Below the pieces are notes generated by a model, which was given only the letters and a program-made list of their open reading frames with translations, searched no databases and was not told the DNA's origin. This document shows positions 52,682 through 64,000 of a stretch of 64,000 bases of DNA, in pieces. This DNA is from Chiloscyllium plagiosum (Eukaryota). Position numbers and translations under genes: made by a program. Every line of letters starts with the position of its first letter. Within the stretch, counting starts at the first letter, position 1. The DNA lies in the NCBI RefSeq assembly GCF_004010195.1, contig NC_057718.1, positions 16,387,418 through 16,451,417 of the forward strand, given 5' to 3'.

Positions 52682-54399
52682 CAGGTAGTTCTCCTATAAT
52701 GTATTAGGTGCTTTCCTGTGTGACACCATGTTATAGAGAATTGTGCGATAGAAATAATGGGGCCTGTGGGAAAAACAGGGTTAGCGGTAATCACCAAAAA
52801 TATCAGTAAAAATGGAATCAAAAATAGTAGTTAGCCTAACAAAAATGATAGCACAGCCTTAGTAAATTTTGACCTGTTGTATGGTACTGTATAGTGCAAT
52901 TCATCAGAATCTTCAACTGATTACTCTCGATTGACATCTATAACTGCTGGCTGCACTACACTCTGGCCAGTCTTCTGATCCCATTAGTGGTAACACTGCA
53001 CAAGTCAGATCCCAGAATGAAACCTGCCTTGATAGGTAAAGGGCTGAATCTTAATTTCTTTTGCCGGGTTTTCCGAAGGGTTTCACATTCTGATGCTTGG
53101 GGAAATCTATCATCTTATTTTACAAAACTGCCTGACTTATTGCCTACCCCCACTCTTCGGTGTCCCTCTCTCACATTCTAGCATCATCATATTATGTACT
53201 ATTTCCAAAATAACTCATCACTTTCTGGATATTCCAGAATTGACCAACATCCTTGGTGTAGCACCATCTTTAAAAAGATATTGTGCCCCCAGACAAGAGC
53301 TGTCAGCCTGGAGTGCCCTGCATTGTTCCTGACATTGGCCCTGGGTGTGCAAACAACAGAATATTGGTGCCTCTCTTTGTGAGCAGGAGCATGGAGATGC
53401 TGCTGATGGGGATGGGGTAAAGCAGCGGCAGAACATCTTTTTCTCCCAGGCCAACAGAGGATGCTATTCTACTGGAACCATGCCAACCTGGATCAGGGTT
53501 ACGATCCAAGCCAGTGCAATCTCAACTATCTGAAGCAATGGACAGAATGTAGGAAGAAGATCAATGACTTTCTCCACTCTGTCAGTGGAAGTGCCACAAT
53601 CATCTCGGTTATACCTCTCACTCACTCTGTCTCTGCTACTGTACTCACCATTCCCTGCAGCATCTTCTCACTCACTCTCATCTTCACTAACATCTGACCC
53701 TGACTATCCTCTGCACAGCCTACTCACCCCCACAGGACATCTCCACAAATGCACTAAAAGTAACAGTGTACCACCCACCTTTCTCTCCCTCACCCACTAC
53801 GTGCAAAGTTTCCTGAATCTGACTACGCTAAGCTGCTGAATGACCATGTCCAAGCCCCTGTACATTTTTTTGTAGTTGTTTGCCTTGTGATTCGTCACTG
53901 AAACAGATTTTGATGAGTCTGCAGATATTCTTTAAGATCTAAGCACGTTTGTTTAAACAAAAAGAGAGGAAAAAAGCTCTTAGTACAAGCAACAAAGCCA
54001 AGTTTCAAACTGCTCCACAACACTGTCCTTTTACTATTAGTCAATTCCAGTGAAATTTCACTCTTATCTAAACTCTTTTTAAGTTTTTAAATTAATAGAT
54101 TGCTTCCAGCTTATTGTCCTCAAGCTGTAGAGACATTTTCACAAAGCTTTTCCAAGTCAATTAGCACATACATTTCACAATAACTTTCACAAAGCTCTTC
54201 ATGGGAAAGCGCATGAGCTGATTTATCACGTGATGCAGACGCATAGTCCAGCCTCTGTGCACTGTGACACCTAGTGCGGGGGATGAGAATCACGTAACAG
54301 TGAATGGGGGTTTGCTCATTAAAAAAAAGTTTGGCAATTCGCAAGTCGCATTATAGACAAATCGTGTTTAATAGGCAAGCGTTAAAGGATAACTGCCTG
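52682..54399. mobile_element. Tigger/pogo-like DNA transposon remnant with internal insertion
   Basis: TIRs caggtagttctcctataatg / caggcagttatcctttaacg; right flank TA, left flank TG. Confidence 0.6.
53365..53582 (+). pseudogene. Frameshifted Myb/SANT-like domain, probably from a PIF/Harbinger element
   Basis: Across frames: PLF..SMEMLL / DGVKQRQNIFF...TWIRVTIQASAIS / ECRKKINDF, matching the Myb/SANT trihelix pattern. Confidence 0.55.
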
Positions 54400-55089
54400 T
54401 ACTTATTTTAGTTTACCTGTGCTATATAAATGTGGCTAACCCTATTGGAGACTCAAAAATTTGGCTTGCATATAATAACATGTCATGACATAACTAAAAT
54501 CCAGACTTGTTGGGTTTCTGGCCTCTCTTGCAACCAGTCTCCCCATTAATATCGAGGCTGTTAACTTTATTTAAATTAGCAACTACTAACGGTTAGATAA
54601 TTATGACATTATAAACTGCATAACATCACCTAGATAGAAATTCAGAAAACGACTGAAAAAAAATTTGGCATAGGACCACGTGTTTTTTGAAATTGAGTGT
54701 TCCGATTCACTTTGACTATGCTAAGTTAGCGATTTTTGATAAGATTTGTAGCTCAGATTGAGGTTCTGGGTGTAATTTTGCTCACTGAGCTGGAAGGCTC
54801 ATTCTCAGACGTTTCATCACTATACTAGTAACATCATCGGTGAGCCTCCAGTGAAGCAAAGGTGTTATGTCCCACTTTCTATTTATGTGTCTTAGTTTCT
54901 TAGGATGGGTGATATCCTTTCCAGTTCTTTTTCTCAAAGGATGGTAGATGGGTCCAAATTGATGTGTTTATTGATAGAGTTATGGGTAGAATGCCATGCT
55001 TCTAGGAATTCCAACCGGAACTCCATCAATAAGCACATTGATTTGCACCCCTTCTACCATCCTCTGAGAAAAAGAACTGGAAAGGATAT

Positions 55090-56372
55090 AGAGTCATAGA
55101 GATGTACAGCATGGAAACAGACCCTTCGGTCCAACCCGTCTATGCCGACCAGATATCCCAACCCAATCTAGTCCCACCTGCCAGCACCCGACCCATATCC
55201 CTCCAAATCCTTCCTATTCATATACCCATCCAGATGCCTCTTAAATGTTGCAATTGTACCAACCTCCATCACTTCCTCTGGCAGCTCATTCCATACATGT
55301 GCCACCCTCTGCGTGAAAAAGTTGCCCCTTATGTCTCTTTTATATATTTCCTCTCTTTCCCCTATGCCCTCTAGTTCAGGACTCCCCGACCCCTTGGAAA
55401 TGATTTTGCCTACTTACCCTATTCATGCCCCACATAATTTTGTAAACCTCTATAAGGTCACCCCTTAGCCTCTGACGCTGGAGAGAAAATAGCCCCAGCC
55501 TGTTCAGTCTCTCCCTGTAGCTCAAATCCTCCAACCCTGGCAACATCCTTGTAAATCTTTTCTGAACCCTTTCACGTTTCACAACATCTTTCTGATAGGA
55601 AGGAGACCAGAATTGCACGCAATATTCCAACAGTGGCCTAACCAATGTCCTGTACAGCCGCAACATGACCTCCCAACTCCTGTACTCAATTCTCTGACCA
55701 GTAAAGGAAAGCATACCAAACGCCTTCTTCACTATCCTATCTATCTGCGACTCCACTTTCAAGGAGCTATGAACTGCACTCCAAGGTCTCTGTTCAGCAA
55801 CACTCCGTAGGACCTTACCATTAAGTGTATAAGTCCTGCTAAGATTTGCTTTCCCAAAATGCAGCACCTCCCATTTATCTGAATTAAACTCCATCTGCCA
55901 CTTCTCAGCCCATTGGCCCATCTGGTCCAGATCCTGTTGTAATCTGAGGTAACCCTCTTTGCTGTCTACTACACCTCCAATTTTGGTGTCATCTGCAGAC
56001 TTACTAACTGTACCTCGTATGCTCGCATCCAAATCATTTATGTAAATGACAAAAAGTAGAGGACCCAACACCAATCCTTGTGGCACTCCACTGGTCACAG
56101 GCCTTCAGTCTGAAAAACAACCCTCCCCCACCACCCTCTGACTTCCAACTTTGAACCGGGGATGTGGAAAAGGATATGGAAGATATCGACTGTAGGGAAA
56201 TAGATGGTGACATCTTGCAAAATGTTCAGATTACAGAGGAGGAACTGCTGGATGTATTGAAATGGGTAAAGGTAGATAAATCCCCAGGACCTGATCAGGT
56301 GTGTGTCATCTGCAAACTTACTAACTGTATGTCTGATGCTCGCATCCAAATCATTTATGTAAATGACAAAAA
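55090..56372 (-). mobile_element. 5'-truncated CR1 LINE with rearranged 5' end
   Basis: ORF 55376-56098 GVPQGLVLGPLLF...ADDTK...; short TSD gatat (55085-55089 / 56373-56377). Confidence 0.9.
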
Positions 56373-56444
56373 GATATCACCTATCTTAAGGAAGCAAGAC
56401 GCATAAATAGAAAGCGGGACATAACACCAGTGCTTCACTGGAGG

Positions 56445-56486
56445 CTCACTGATGATGTTACCTAGTATGGTGATGAAACATCTGAG
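56445..56486 (+). ncRNA. Minimal type I hammerhead ribozyme motif
   Basis: cuca-CUGAUGA-u-GUUACC-uaguau-GGUGAU-GAAA-c-AUC-ugag; 4-bp stem I, 6-bp stem II. Confidence 0.7.
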
Positions 56487-58289
56487 AATGAGCCTTCCAG
56501 CTCAGTGAGCAAACTTACACCCAGAACTACACTAAGTATTACATAATTAACAAACAGGAATGTAACAGTTTGCTACAAAGCAATACCAGAGAAGGTTGAG
56601 CTTTTATTCATTATGGGATCGATTTGAGAAGTGATCTGCTTGACATAGGGGCAAATCATGTTGACAGTAGGGTCATAAAGAGGACCATAGCCATAATTCA
56701 AACACAGATAATGCTTGAAATATGTTAATTCATCATTTATGGTGCTGGAGAACTCCCTTCAACACATGCTGATTCTTAATTTTGTACAATCTAAAATTCA
56801 GACATCCCTGGCATATAATTCCAGTTTGCAGTTAATTCCAATACTACCCCAATTATGAAACAATCTTTGCCTGTTGGACTGTATCAGTAAAGATCTTTTT
56901 TGAAAATAGTTATGAATCCTAGATTTGGCACTGATAGCTGATATTTGTTGAAAATAATAAAGCAGCAGAATTGAAAATAGTTGTCAATAATAGGGCTTCT
57001 GTGCCTTCTTGGGTGAATAAACTATGGTGAGGTAAATAGTTTGCCTAATTCATCTTTAATTAGTTTGTAATATTATACTAATGTCACTAAATGCAGTAAA
57101 GCAAAATCAATTTGTAAGGTTTATCATAGTTGTGAAGTGTTGAAAGATCTTTGAATCAAAGAAATTCAGCAGTTGACTGTAATTGATAGCTACTACCTTA
57201 CATTTGGTGTTACAAGTAAGAGTGTATAGAGCTATGTATAATTTTCATAAATTACAAATAGGCTTATATATACTTAAGCAGTTATTGTTAGACTTTAAAA
57301 ATATTGTACTATGAATCAATTGTTATGAACCACTAATATTTTATTAAATACTATTGCTAGTTTTAAGTTGATATATTTCGGATTAAAGGCACTTGGATTT
57401 TATATGCCTATGCATTTAAGGTCATGAGATCACGAATGTGTCATGCTTTTGTATCTCACCTAGAAGGAACAATGCAAATTGGATTTTACTGGTTGTCCAC
57501 TCCTATATAAAAGAATTATATTTTTTTCTTAAATTTGTGAGTAGTCGCAACTTAATGATAAGATTTATATTATTTATCATAATATCCCTATGTGAAAAAC
57601 CATTAAAAGAATCAATACAAATTATGTTTTTTGGGATGTAATTCAATTTGAACCTTTTATTGGACTGTTTACATACACAGAAAAATGCATAATATATCAT
57701 TTTTTCTTTTGCAAAATGTTCACACATCTTTTAATAAAACTCAGAAAAGACTTGGATTGACTCAGTGGACCCTTTAGTTCCAATATGTGAAATTTGTTAG
57801 CTACAGCAGTAGATTAGTTAGGATGACTAATCCCTGTTTGACACATTCAGGTCTTTCTTATGCAAATTTTGATGGCAGGTCAATTAATATGGGACTGTTT
57901 GAAGGTAACAGTGGTAATTTGTATCAATGCCTATGACAGTGTGAACATACAGGTATTTGACAATGCAGCTCAACATCTGACAATATGAAAAGGATAATTA
58001 GATCGCACTGCTGCACTTTTTTTCAGGAGTAAGTAGGAGGTTAAATAGGCAGTGCACAGAATGTCTAGAACAAGATTGGTATATTGATTAAAAAGCTGAT
58101 TTAGCAGCTCACATTTCCCCTTGGAAACTTTGAAAGATAAACCAGCTGCCGTCTAGGAGCCATCACTATCTACCAAGGGTGCACTATCTATCATCACAAT
58201 ATGGTGATGAGAGGTGTTTTATGTTTGTGTTAATTTTCCCCACTAAATCAGTAATTATTACAATACTGTCCCCGCTGTTTACCCTGCAG

Positions 58290-58412
58290 CTGTTTTTCCA
58301 TTTGTCGAGAGAACGAGTGTTCTCAGAGGACCGCACACGCTTCTATGGCGCAGAAATTGTCTCGGCTCTAGATTATTTGCATTCCGAGAAGATTGTGTAC
58401 CGAGATCTCAAG
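58290..58412 (+). CDS. AKT3: AKT3 coding exon (catalytic loop YRDLK)
   Basis: ctgcag|CTG...AAG|gtaaca, 123 bp; [41 protein letters not shown]. Confidence 0.96.
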
Positions 58413-59670
58413 GTAACAATGTAATCAGAATTTGTACCTTTATTCTTTTTTTCACACTAGGAACATACTTGAAATTATTCATAACCTACTTGCAACAGCT
58501 GAACCTGCTGTTCCCACTACAAATCATTGTAATAATGGACACAGTTGGTTTCTTTTTAGAATTTGAAAGACGTTTTAAAATATTACTTCTCAAAGAAAAA
58601 CTTCTGTCCATATTTTCTACGTATCTCCTAAGTTTAATTTAATTTCCCATGTGCTTGTCTTCAACTATGGCAGCATACTTCCACATGCTACTAATACTTC
58701 TTCATAAACAGTTACTATAAAATATGGACAAACAAATTAAGTTCCTTCTCATTTCATATCTTTTCCCTTTTGAAGAAGAATTCTGGTGATCAGTTAGTTC
58801 CCTTCTAAAACTGGTTGAAACACAGAGCTTTCCAAAATGTTGCATCTTCGATGCAAACTTCAGCACAATTTACTTATTCACTGTAGTATTATTATCATTT
58901 TTTATTTTAACTTATCTAAGAGTTATTTTTATTCAAATACACCGTACTTGCAATATTTAATGTAAGCAATCAGGATTATAATTAATGTAGGTCAACTAAA
59001 GTATCTTGTTTTCTGTGTGAAAGTGCTAGTAACTAAATGTATCAAATGGCGCCTCAAAAGCTAAAGGTGAAGCCAATAAGATTGATCAAAAGTTTAGTCA
59101 AAAAGATGCATCTTAAGGAGGATATTAAATATGAATGGGGAGTTACAGACATGGGAATCAAATTCTGAATGCAAGGCCCTGGCTACAGAAGGCATAATAG
59201 AAACGGAGTCATCAGTTTAAAGTTTTCACTGAGTGAGGAAATAAATTATGAAAAGTCGTCTTTAGTGATTTTATTAATTACAGAATGCTTTGATGTAAGA
59301 TGGTTGAGATAGAGACTATTGCTATTTTTAAGAGTCAATTAAATAAATATTTGAAGCAGAAGAAGACATGACTTTGGAATAAAGCTTGGGCAGTATTAAA
59401 TTGTTCCCGCAAAAACCGACAGTGTTGTTCTGGGCTAAGTGTGCCCCATTGTGCTGTTAATTTTGAGTAAATGTTTTATCATAGAAATAGTATGTAAATT
59501 TGAAAAATAAATATTGGAATGAAAGAAAAACTTCAAAAAATTCTGCAAATAATCAAACTGTCAATGCAGGGATTGACTTTTCTATTTATTTGCTTTATAG
59601 TGTCATAAAATTAGTTACTAAACAATGTTGATTTGAATATTGAATGTATATTATATGTTGAAATCTTTGT

Positions 59671-60040
59671 TGGGCATCACAATGAACCAGTGGTTAGCAC
59701 ATCTGCCTCACAGTGGCAGGGATCTGAGTTTGATTCCAGCTTTGCGTCACTGTCTGTCTGTGTGGACCTTGCATGTTCTCCTGTGCCCATGTGGGTTTCT
59801 GCTGGGTGCTCTGGTTTCCTCCCAAAGTCTGAAGATGTGCAGGTTAGGTGGATTGCTAAATTGTCCATAGTGTCCAGGGACGTGTAGGCTTGGTGGATTA
59901 GCCATGGTAAATATGGGTTTACGGGGATAGCGTATGGGACTGGGTCTGAGAGGAATGTTCCTCGGAGGGGCGGTACAAACTTGATGGGCTGAGTGGCCTC
60001 TTTCCGCAAGTTGGGGACTCTATAATTCTTTGATGATTCT
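59671..60040 (+). mobile_element. Older HE1-like tRNA-derived SINE
   Basis: Diverged copy of 60213-60515 (gtggttagcac, gtttgattcc, gggtgctctggtttcctccca core). Confidence 0.8.
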
Positions 60041-60212
60041 ATGTGGTGGAGTGAATGAGATTTTCTGATTATCAAGAGACAACTCTACGTATAATAGTTT
60101 ATTATATATGGGCAAATTTCAGCGTGTAAGCTGTATTGAAAACTGAGTTCCAAATTAATATTTTATGCTGTCAGTAAAAACCCTAATTTGTTGAACAAAT
60201 GAAAAGAATTCT

Positions 60213-60515
60213 GGGCGGCACAGTGGTTAGCACTGCTGCCTCACAGCGCCAGAGACCCGGGTTCAATTCCCGCCTCAGGCAACTGTCTGAGTGGAGTTTG
60301 CACATTCTCCCTGTGTCTGCGTGGGTTTCCTCCGGGTGCTCCGGTTTCCTCCCACAGTCCAAAAATGTGCAGGTTAGGTAAATTGGCCATGCTAAATTGC
60401 CCGTAGTGTTAGGTGAAGGGGTAAATGTAGGGGAGTGGGTCTGGGTGGGTTGCTCTTCGGAGGGCCGGTGTGGACTTGTTGGGCCGAGGGCCTGTTTCCA
60501 CACTGTAAGTAATCT
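60213..60515 (+). mobile_element. HE1-type tRNA-derived SINE of sharks and rays (V-SINE core, CR1-type tail)
   Basis: A box gtggttagcac, B box gggttcaattccc, core gcgtgggtttcctccgggtgctccggtttcctccca, tail gggccg.gggcctgtttccacactgt. Confidence 0.88.
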
Positions 60516-61587
60516 AAGTAATAATAAATATTTGTGAAATTTAATTTCTTACGGATTCTCATATTTAGAAATGAGGTCCTCGCTTGTCCTGACGAAGACA
60601 TGATTTTCCCTACAAATATCCGAGAGCTCTTGTGTTGCTCCAACTCTGATCTTTTAAATGCCTTCTTCCATCACCTCACCACTGGCAGCTGTGCTTTTTA
60701 ATTTTTACTATGAAATTCTTTTTAAACTTTTCTTCATCTCCCTTTCCAATTCTTTGTCTTCCTTTCTCCCTCCTTAAAACTGACATGAACGTCAATTGAA
60801 CCTTCTGACACTCTTCTCGGTACCCTTTTCATTGTTGCAATACCTATTGTTCACTGATTATGCTTCTAAGAAGTGTCATCAGGTGATGTTATATTCCCAG
60901 TGTGTTGTTGTATTCTGATTATTTATAACTGTATTTAGGTGATCCTAATAACAGAACTAGAGTAGATAGGGAAATTGGATGTCGAAACATATTAGGTGAT
61001 TAAACCATCTTTCATTGATAGTACTTAATTATTTTCCCTTGGCAAGGGCAATTATACTGCAAAAAAAAGCTTTATCTCCATGAATATTTTTTGTTCAAAG
61101 TGCTTCTTTATTTTAAAGAAGACAATACTAGCCCAAGAAAAAATTCTTGACTTTGTTCTCTTACTAGCATTTGAATTCTTAGCCATGGTGACCTTTCCTG
61201 TTAGATTGTTTCAATTGACAGAAAATATCCAAGTGGAGCTCTTTTAGGAACAGCAGGGGCACAACTTCGAAATGGCTTATGTTGTACCACACCAGGAAAC
61301 TATGTTAGAACCTTTGCTTTTCTAATGAAGTTTCAGGACACTTTCCATTGATCTTATCACTAGAATATTAATGCAGTGCAGGAAAGTTAACTTTATATTC
61401 TCCACTCATTCCAGTAAGAAAGCTTGATTTTTTTTAAAAATCAATATTTTAGATAACTGTTATTTCCTGTTATAAGTTGGAGGGTTTAGAATAAATGTAC
61501 CCCTCCAACATTCAGTTCCCATTGTTGTAGGTTCTGATGACTGTCGGTATTGCTTATTTTTGAAAATGATGGATTTTTTCTTTGTAG

Positions 61588-61728
<141 letters not shown>

Positions 61729-63199
61729 TAACTAAAGTCACCAGAACTTCCAATGTTAATAAGAGTTCTAAAAGAGACCAGAGAGAGAATATTTCTTCAA
61801 AGCCAATAATATCATTTCAATATGTTAAAATTTAAGAAAATCAACTTAACAAAAAGATATTTGGCTAAACTGTTACCTTTTGTTTGTCAAGTATGCTACA
61901 TAGAGACATGTATCCTATTGCAGTGTGTAATTACACAATTTCAGGTTGCTACATCACAGTGTAGGCTGTTTGGCCAATTCTACTTTGATTTAATCCCCAC
62001 TCTCTCCCTTCACTTCCTTCATGTAAGCATTGCCCTTTTTAGGCTTTGCTTGTGACTGGTTCACTGACCACATGGGTGTCTTCCTGGTGGTGGAATGTAT
62101 GGAATGAAGTTTTTGCACTACAGTGTCTTTTTACTGAGTCACTACACAACAAATAAAACATTTGTTTGGCCCATTGTGTCTGTGCCGATTCTCCGAATTT
62201 ACATCTTGCCTCATGCCGTTCTAAAAGACTTCTCACCTAACTCTGCACGCTGTTCTTTTTCAAATAACCGTCTAATTCATTTTTAAATACCTTGATTGAA
62301 CCTATTTTCATTGTGATCTCAGGTAATGCATTCCAGAACCTAGCTATTCACTACGTGAAAAAGAATTCCTCATTTCACTTTTGCTGTTTTTGCTAATTAT
62401 TTAAATTTGTGCTCTCTTGTACTCAATGCTTTCACAAGTGATGCCTACTTACGTTGTCCAGATTCACTCCATTATTTCTTTGTGACATTATCTTGGAGAA
62501 AATGGTATAAACATTTGCACCCATGCAAAATCCCTATGCAGTTATAAAATAATTTTAGTTTATCCAAAAATAATTCATATAATTTTTAATTCTGAATAAG
62601 CAGAGTAAAGAATTGAGAAGTAAATTGGCCTGTAAACAATGAAACAATGGTTCCATGGTAAGATGTTTCTTGTTTGAAATCTCAATTACCCTTTATGAAT
62701 GAAAGTAATAATGTCTATTTCTGACATCTCTTAACTTACTTCCAACTGTACCAATATTGCATTCTGATATCAGTTCTGTATGTCTTATTTTTATTTCAAC
62801 ATTTAGACTGCTTTGCTTTAACTATTCAGAAAAAGGAAACCAATAATGTTAATTTTGACATTTAATTTTTAGCTTCTTTAACATGATTAATTTATAATGA
62901 TGTGCATTTTTATTGCTGATTTTTATCTACTTAAATCATCCAATTCTGTGAACAATGTACTTGGAGAAATAGTAAAATCCAGAAATTGTCTGATCATGTT
63001 TCAATTTTGTAACAGATTATCACTGTTCAGATTACCATAAATCAGTACTCACAAGTATGTTGTCTAATGTAAATGACAACATAAAATTTAAAAGCTATAT
63101 ATTGAAGGTAGTCTTTTGACGCAATATGAGTGATTTGACAGAAAGAAGTAAGATGCAGGTTCATGCCAGAAACTATCACCATAGTGAATTTAGATTGCA

Positions 63200-63412
63200 T
63201 TTAATTCAAGGCTGTGATAGATTGATTTTTAATTCACGGCTGTGGTAGATAGATTTTTAATTCAGGGCTACAATGTACGGATTTTTAATTCAAGACTGAC
63301 CTAGATGGGTTTTTATCCAAGGCTCAGATAGACAATATTTAATTCATGGATGTGATAGATGGATTTTTAATTCAATGCTGACCTAGACAGGTTTCTAATT
63401 CAAGGTTGATGG
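63200..63412 (+). repeat. Degenerate ~28-bp tandem repeat (about 8 units) leading into a CR1-type 3' end
   Basis: Units resembling tttaattcaaggctgtgatagatggatt. Confidence 0.75.
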
Positions 63413-64000
63413 ATTTTGGATTGGTGAAGAAATCAAGGGTTATGGGGGAAAAGGAAAAGAAGTAGAATTGAGGATTATTAGATTAGCCATGATCTCACTG
63501 AAATGCAGAGCAGACATGATTTGCTGAATGGACTACTTCTGGTCCTATATCTCGTGGATAGCAAAGATGGTTGTATGGAGTGGGAAACAGTACTTGGGCC
63601 AATAAAGTCTGCTCTTTCACTCTTGGCAGTGGCTGGTTGCAAAGTGACATGGGCCAACCGCTGAAAACAAATGGACATCATGGTCAATAAATGCTGTATC
63701 GCTGGGGCAGACTTCCAAAGAAAAGCACAATGGAAAATATGCAACAGGCGTACTTGCGTTTACCCAAGGCATCTGTGAAAAACATATTCAATTAATGCCA
63801 CCTTTGCATGTATCATGTAAAAACAATCCATATTTTGGAGATGTGACATAAGCCATTATATTAGTAAATATGAGAGACATCGGTGATGCGCTGGTATTAA
63901 CTGGTATATAATATTTTTAAGTCATGAATATTTTAAGGTGGATCTTGTTGCATGTCTACACAGTCAGGTGAACAATTTTTATTTTCTAGTTTTCAGGAAT

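Larger units (their letters stand above)
54727..56525. mobile_element. Palindromic Penelope-like element (GIY-YIG tail plus pseudo-LTR on each arm), interrupted by a CR1
   Basis: Left arm ~54760-55000 mirrors 55012-55089 plus 56378-56525; SINKHIDL and EFLEAWHS remnants; TSD actatgctaagt / actacactaagt (54715-54726 / 56526-56537). Confidence 0.8.

Noticed and set aside
60213..60290. tRNA gene
   Set aside because: A/B boxes run into a SINE core and LINE-type tail; no complete cloverleaf or terminator
60585..60645. ctgacga motif as another hammerhead
   Set aside because: No stem II followed by GAAA and NUH downstream
63200..63412. CRISPR-like periodic repeat
   Set aside because: Period is only ~28 bp and the variable parts are homologous to one another; LINE-derived minisatellite

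Overview
Eukaryotic genomic DNA from a cartilaginous fish (an HE1-type SINE and dense CR1 LINEs point to a shark). The window lies inside a large + strand gene, AKT3 (RAC-gamma Ser/Thr kinase): five consecutive phase-0 kinase-domain exons (132, 66, 69, 123, 129 bp) with canonical AG/GT ends. The introns hold CR1 LINE copies (one near full length, one young and nested), a truncated Ty3/Gypsy element with a related solo LTR, Tigger/pogo-like TIR elements, a Harbinger-type Myb/SANT remnant, a Rex1-like fragment and tRNA-derived SINEs, plus an 828-N gap. The most notable signal is a set of at least eight Penelope-like (PLE) insertions carrying minimal type I hammerhead ribozyme motifs (CUGANGA-stem II-GAAA-C-NUH). 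Most are inverted or fold-back units, six have readable 9-16 bp target-site duplications, and several lie sense to the AKT3 pre-mRNA. One is an unusual palindromic array of ~46-bp hammerhead units that lack the start of the catalytic core. PLE hammerheads are a known class; novelty here would be limited to the array architecture and any effect on AKT3. All calls were made by eye. Exon, TSD and motif coordinates were counted; repeat boundaries are approximate.
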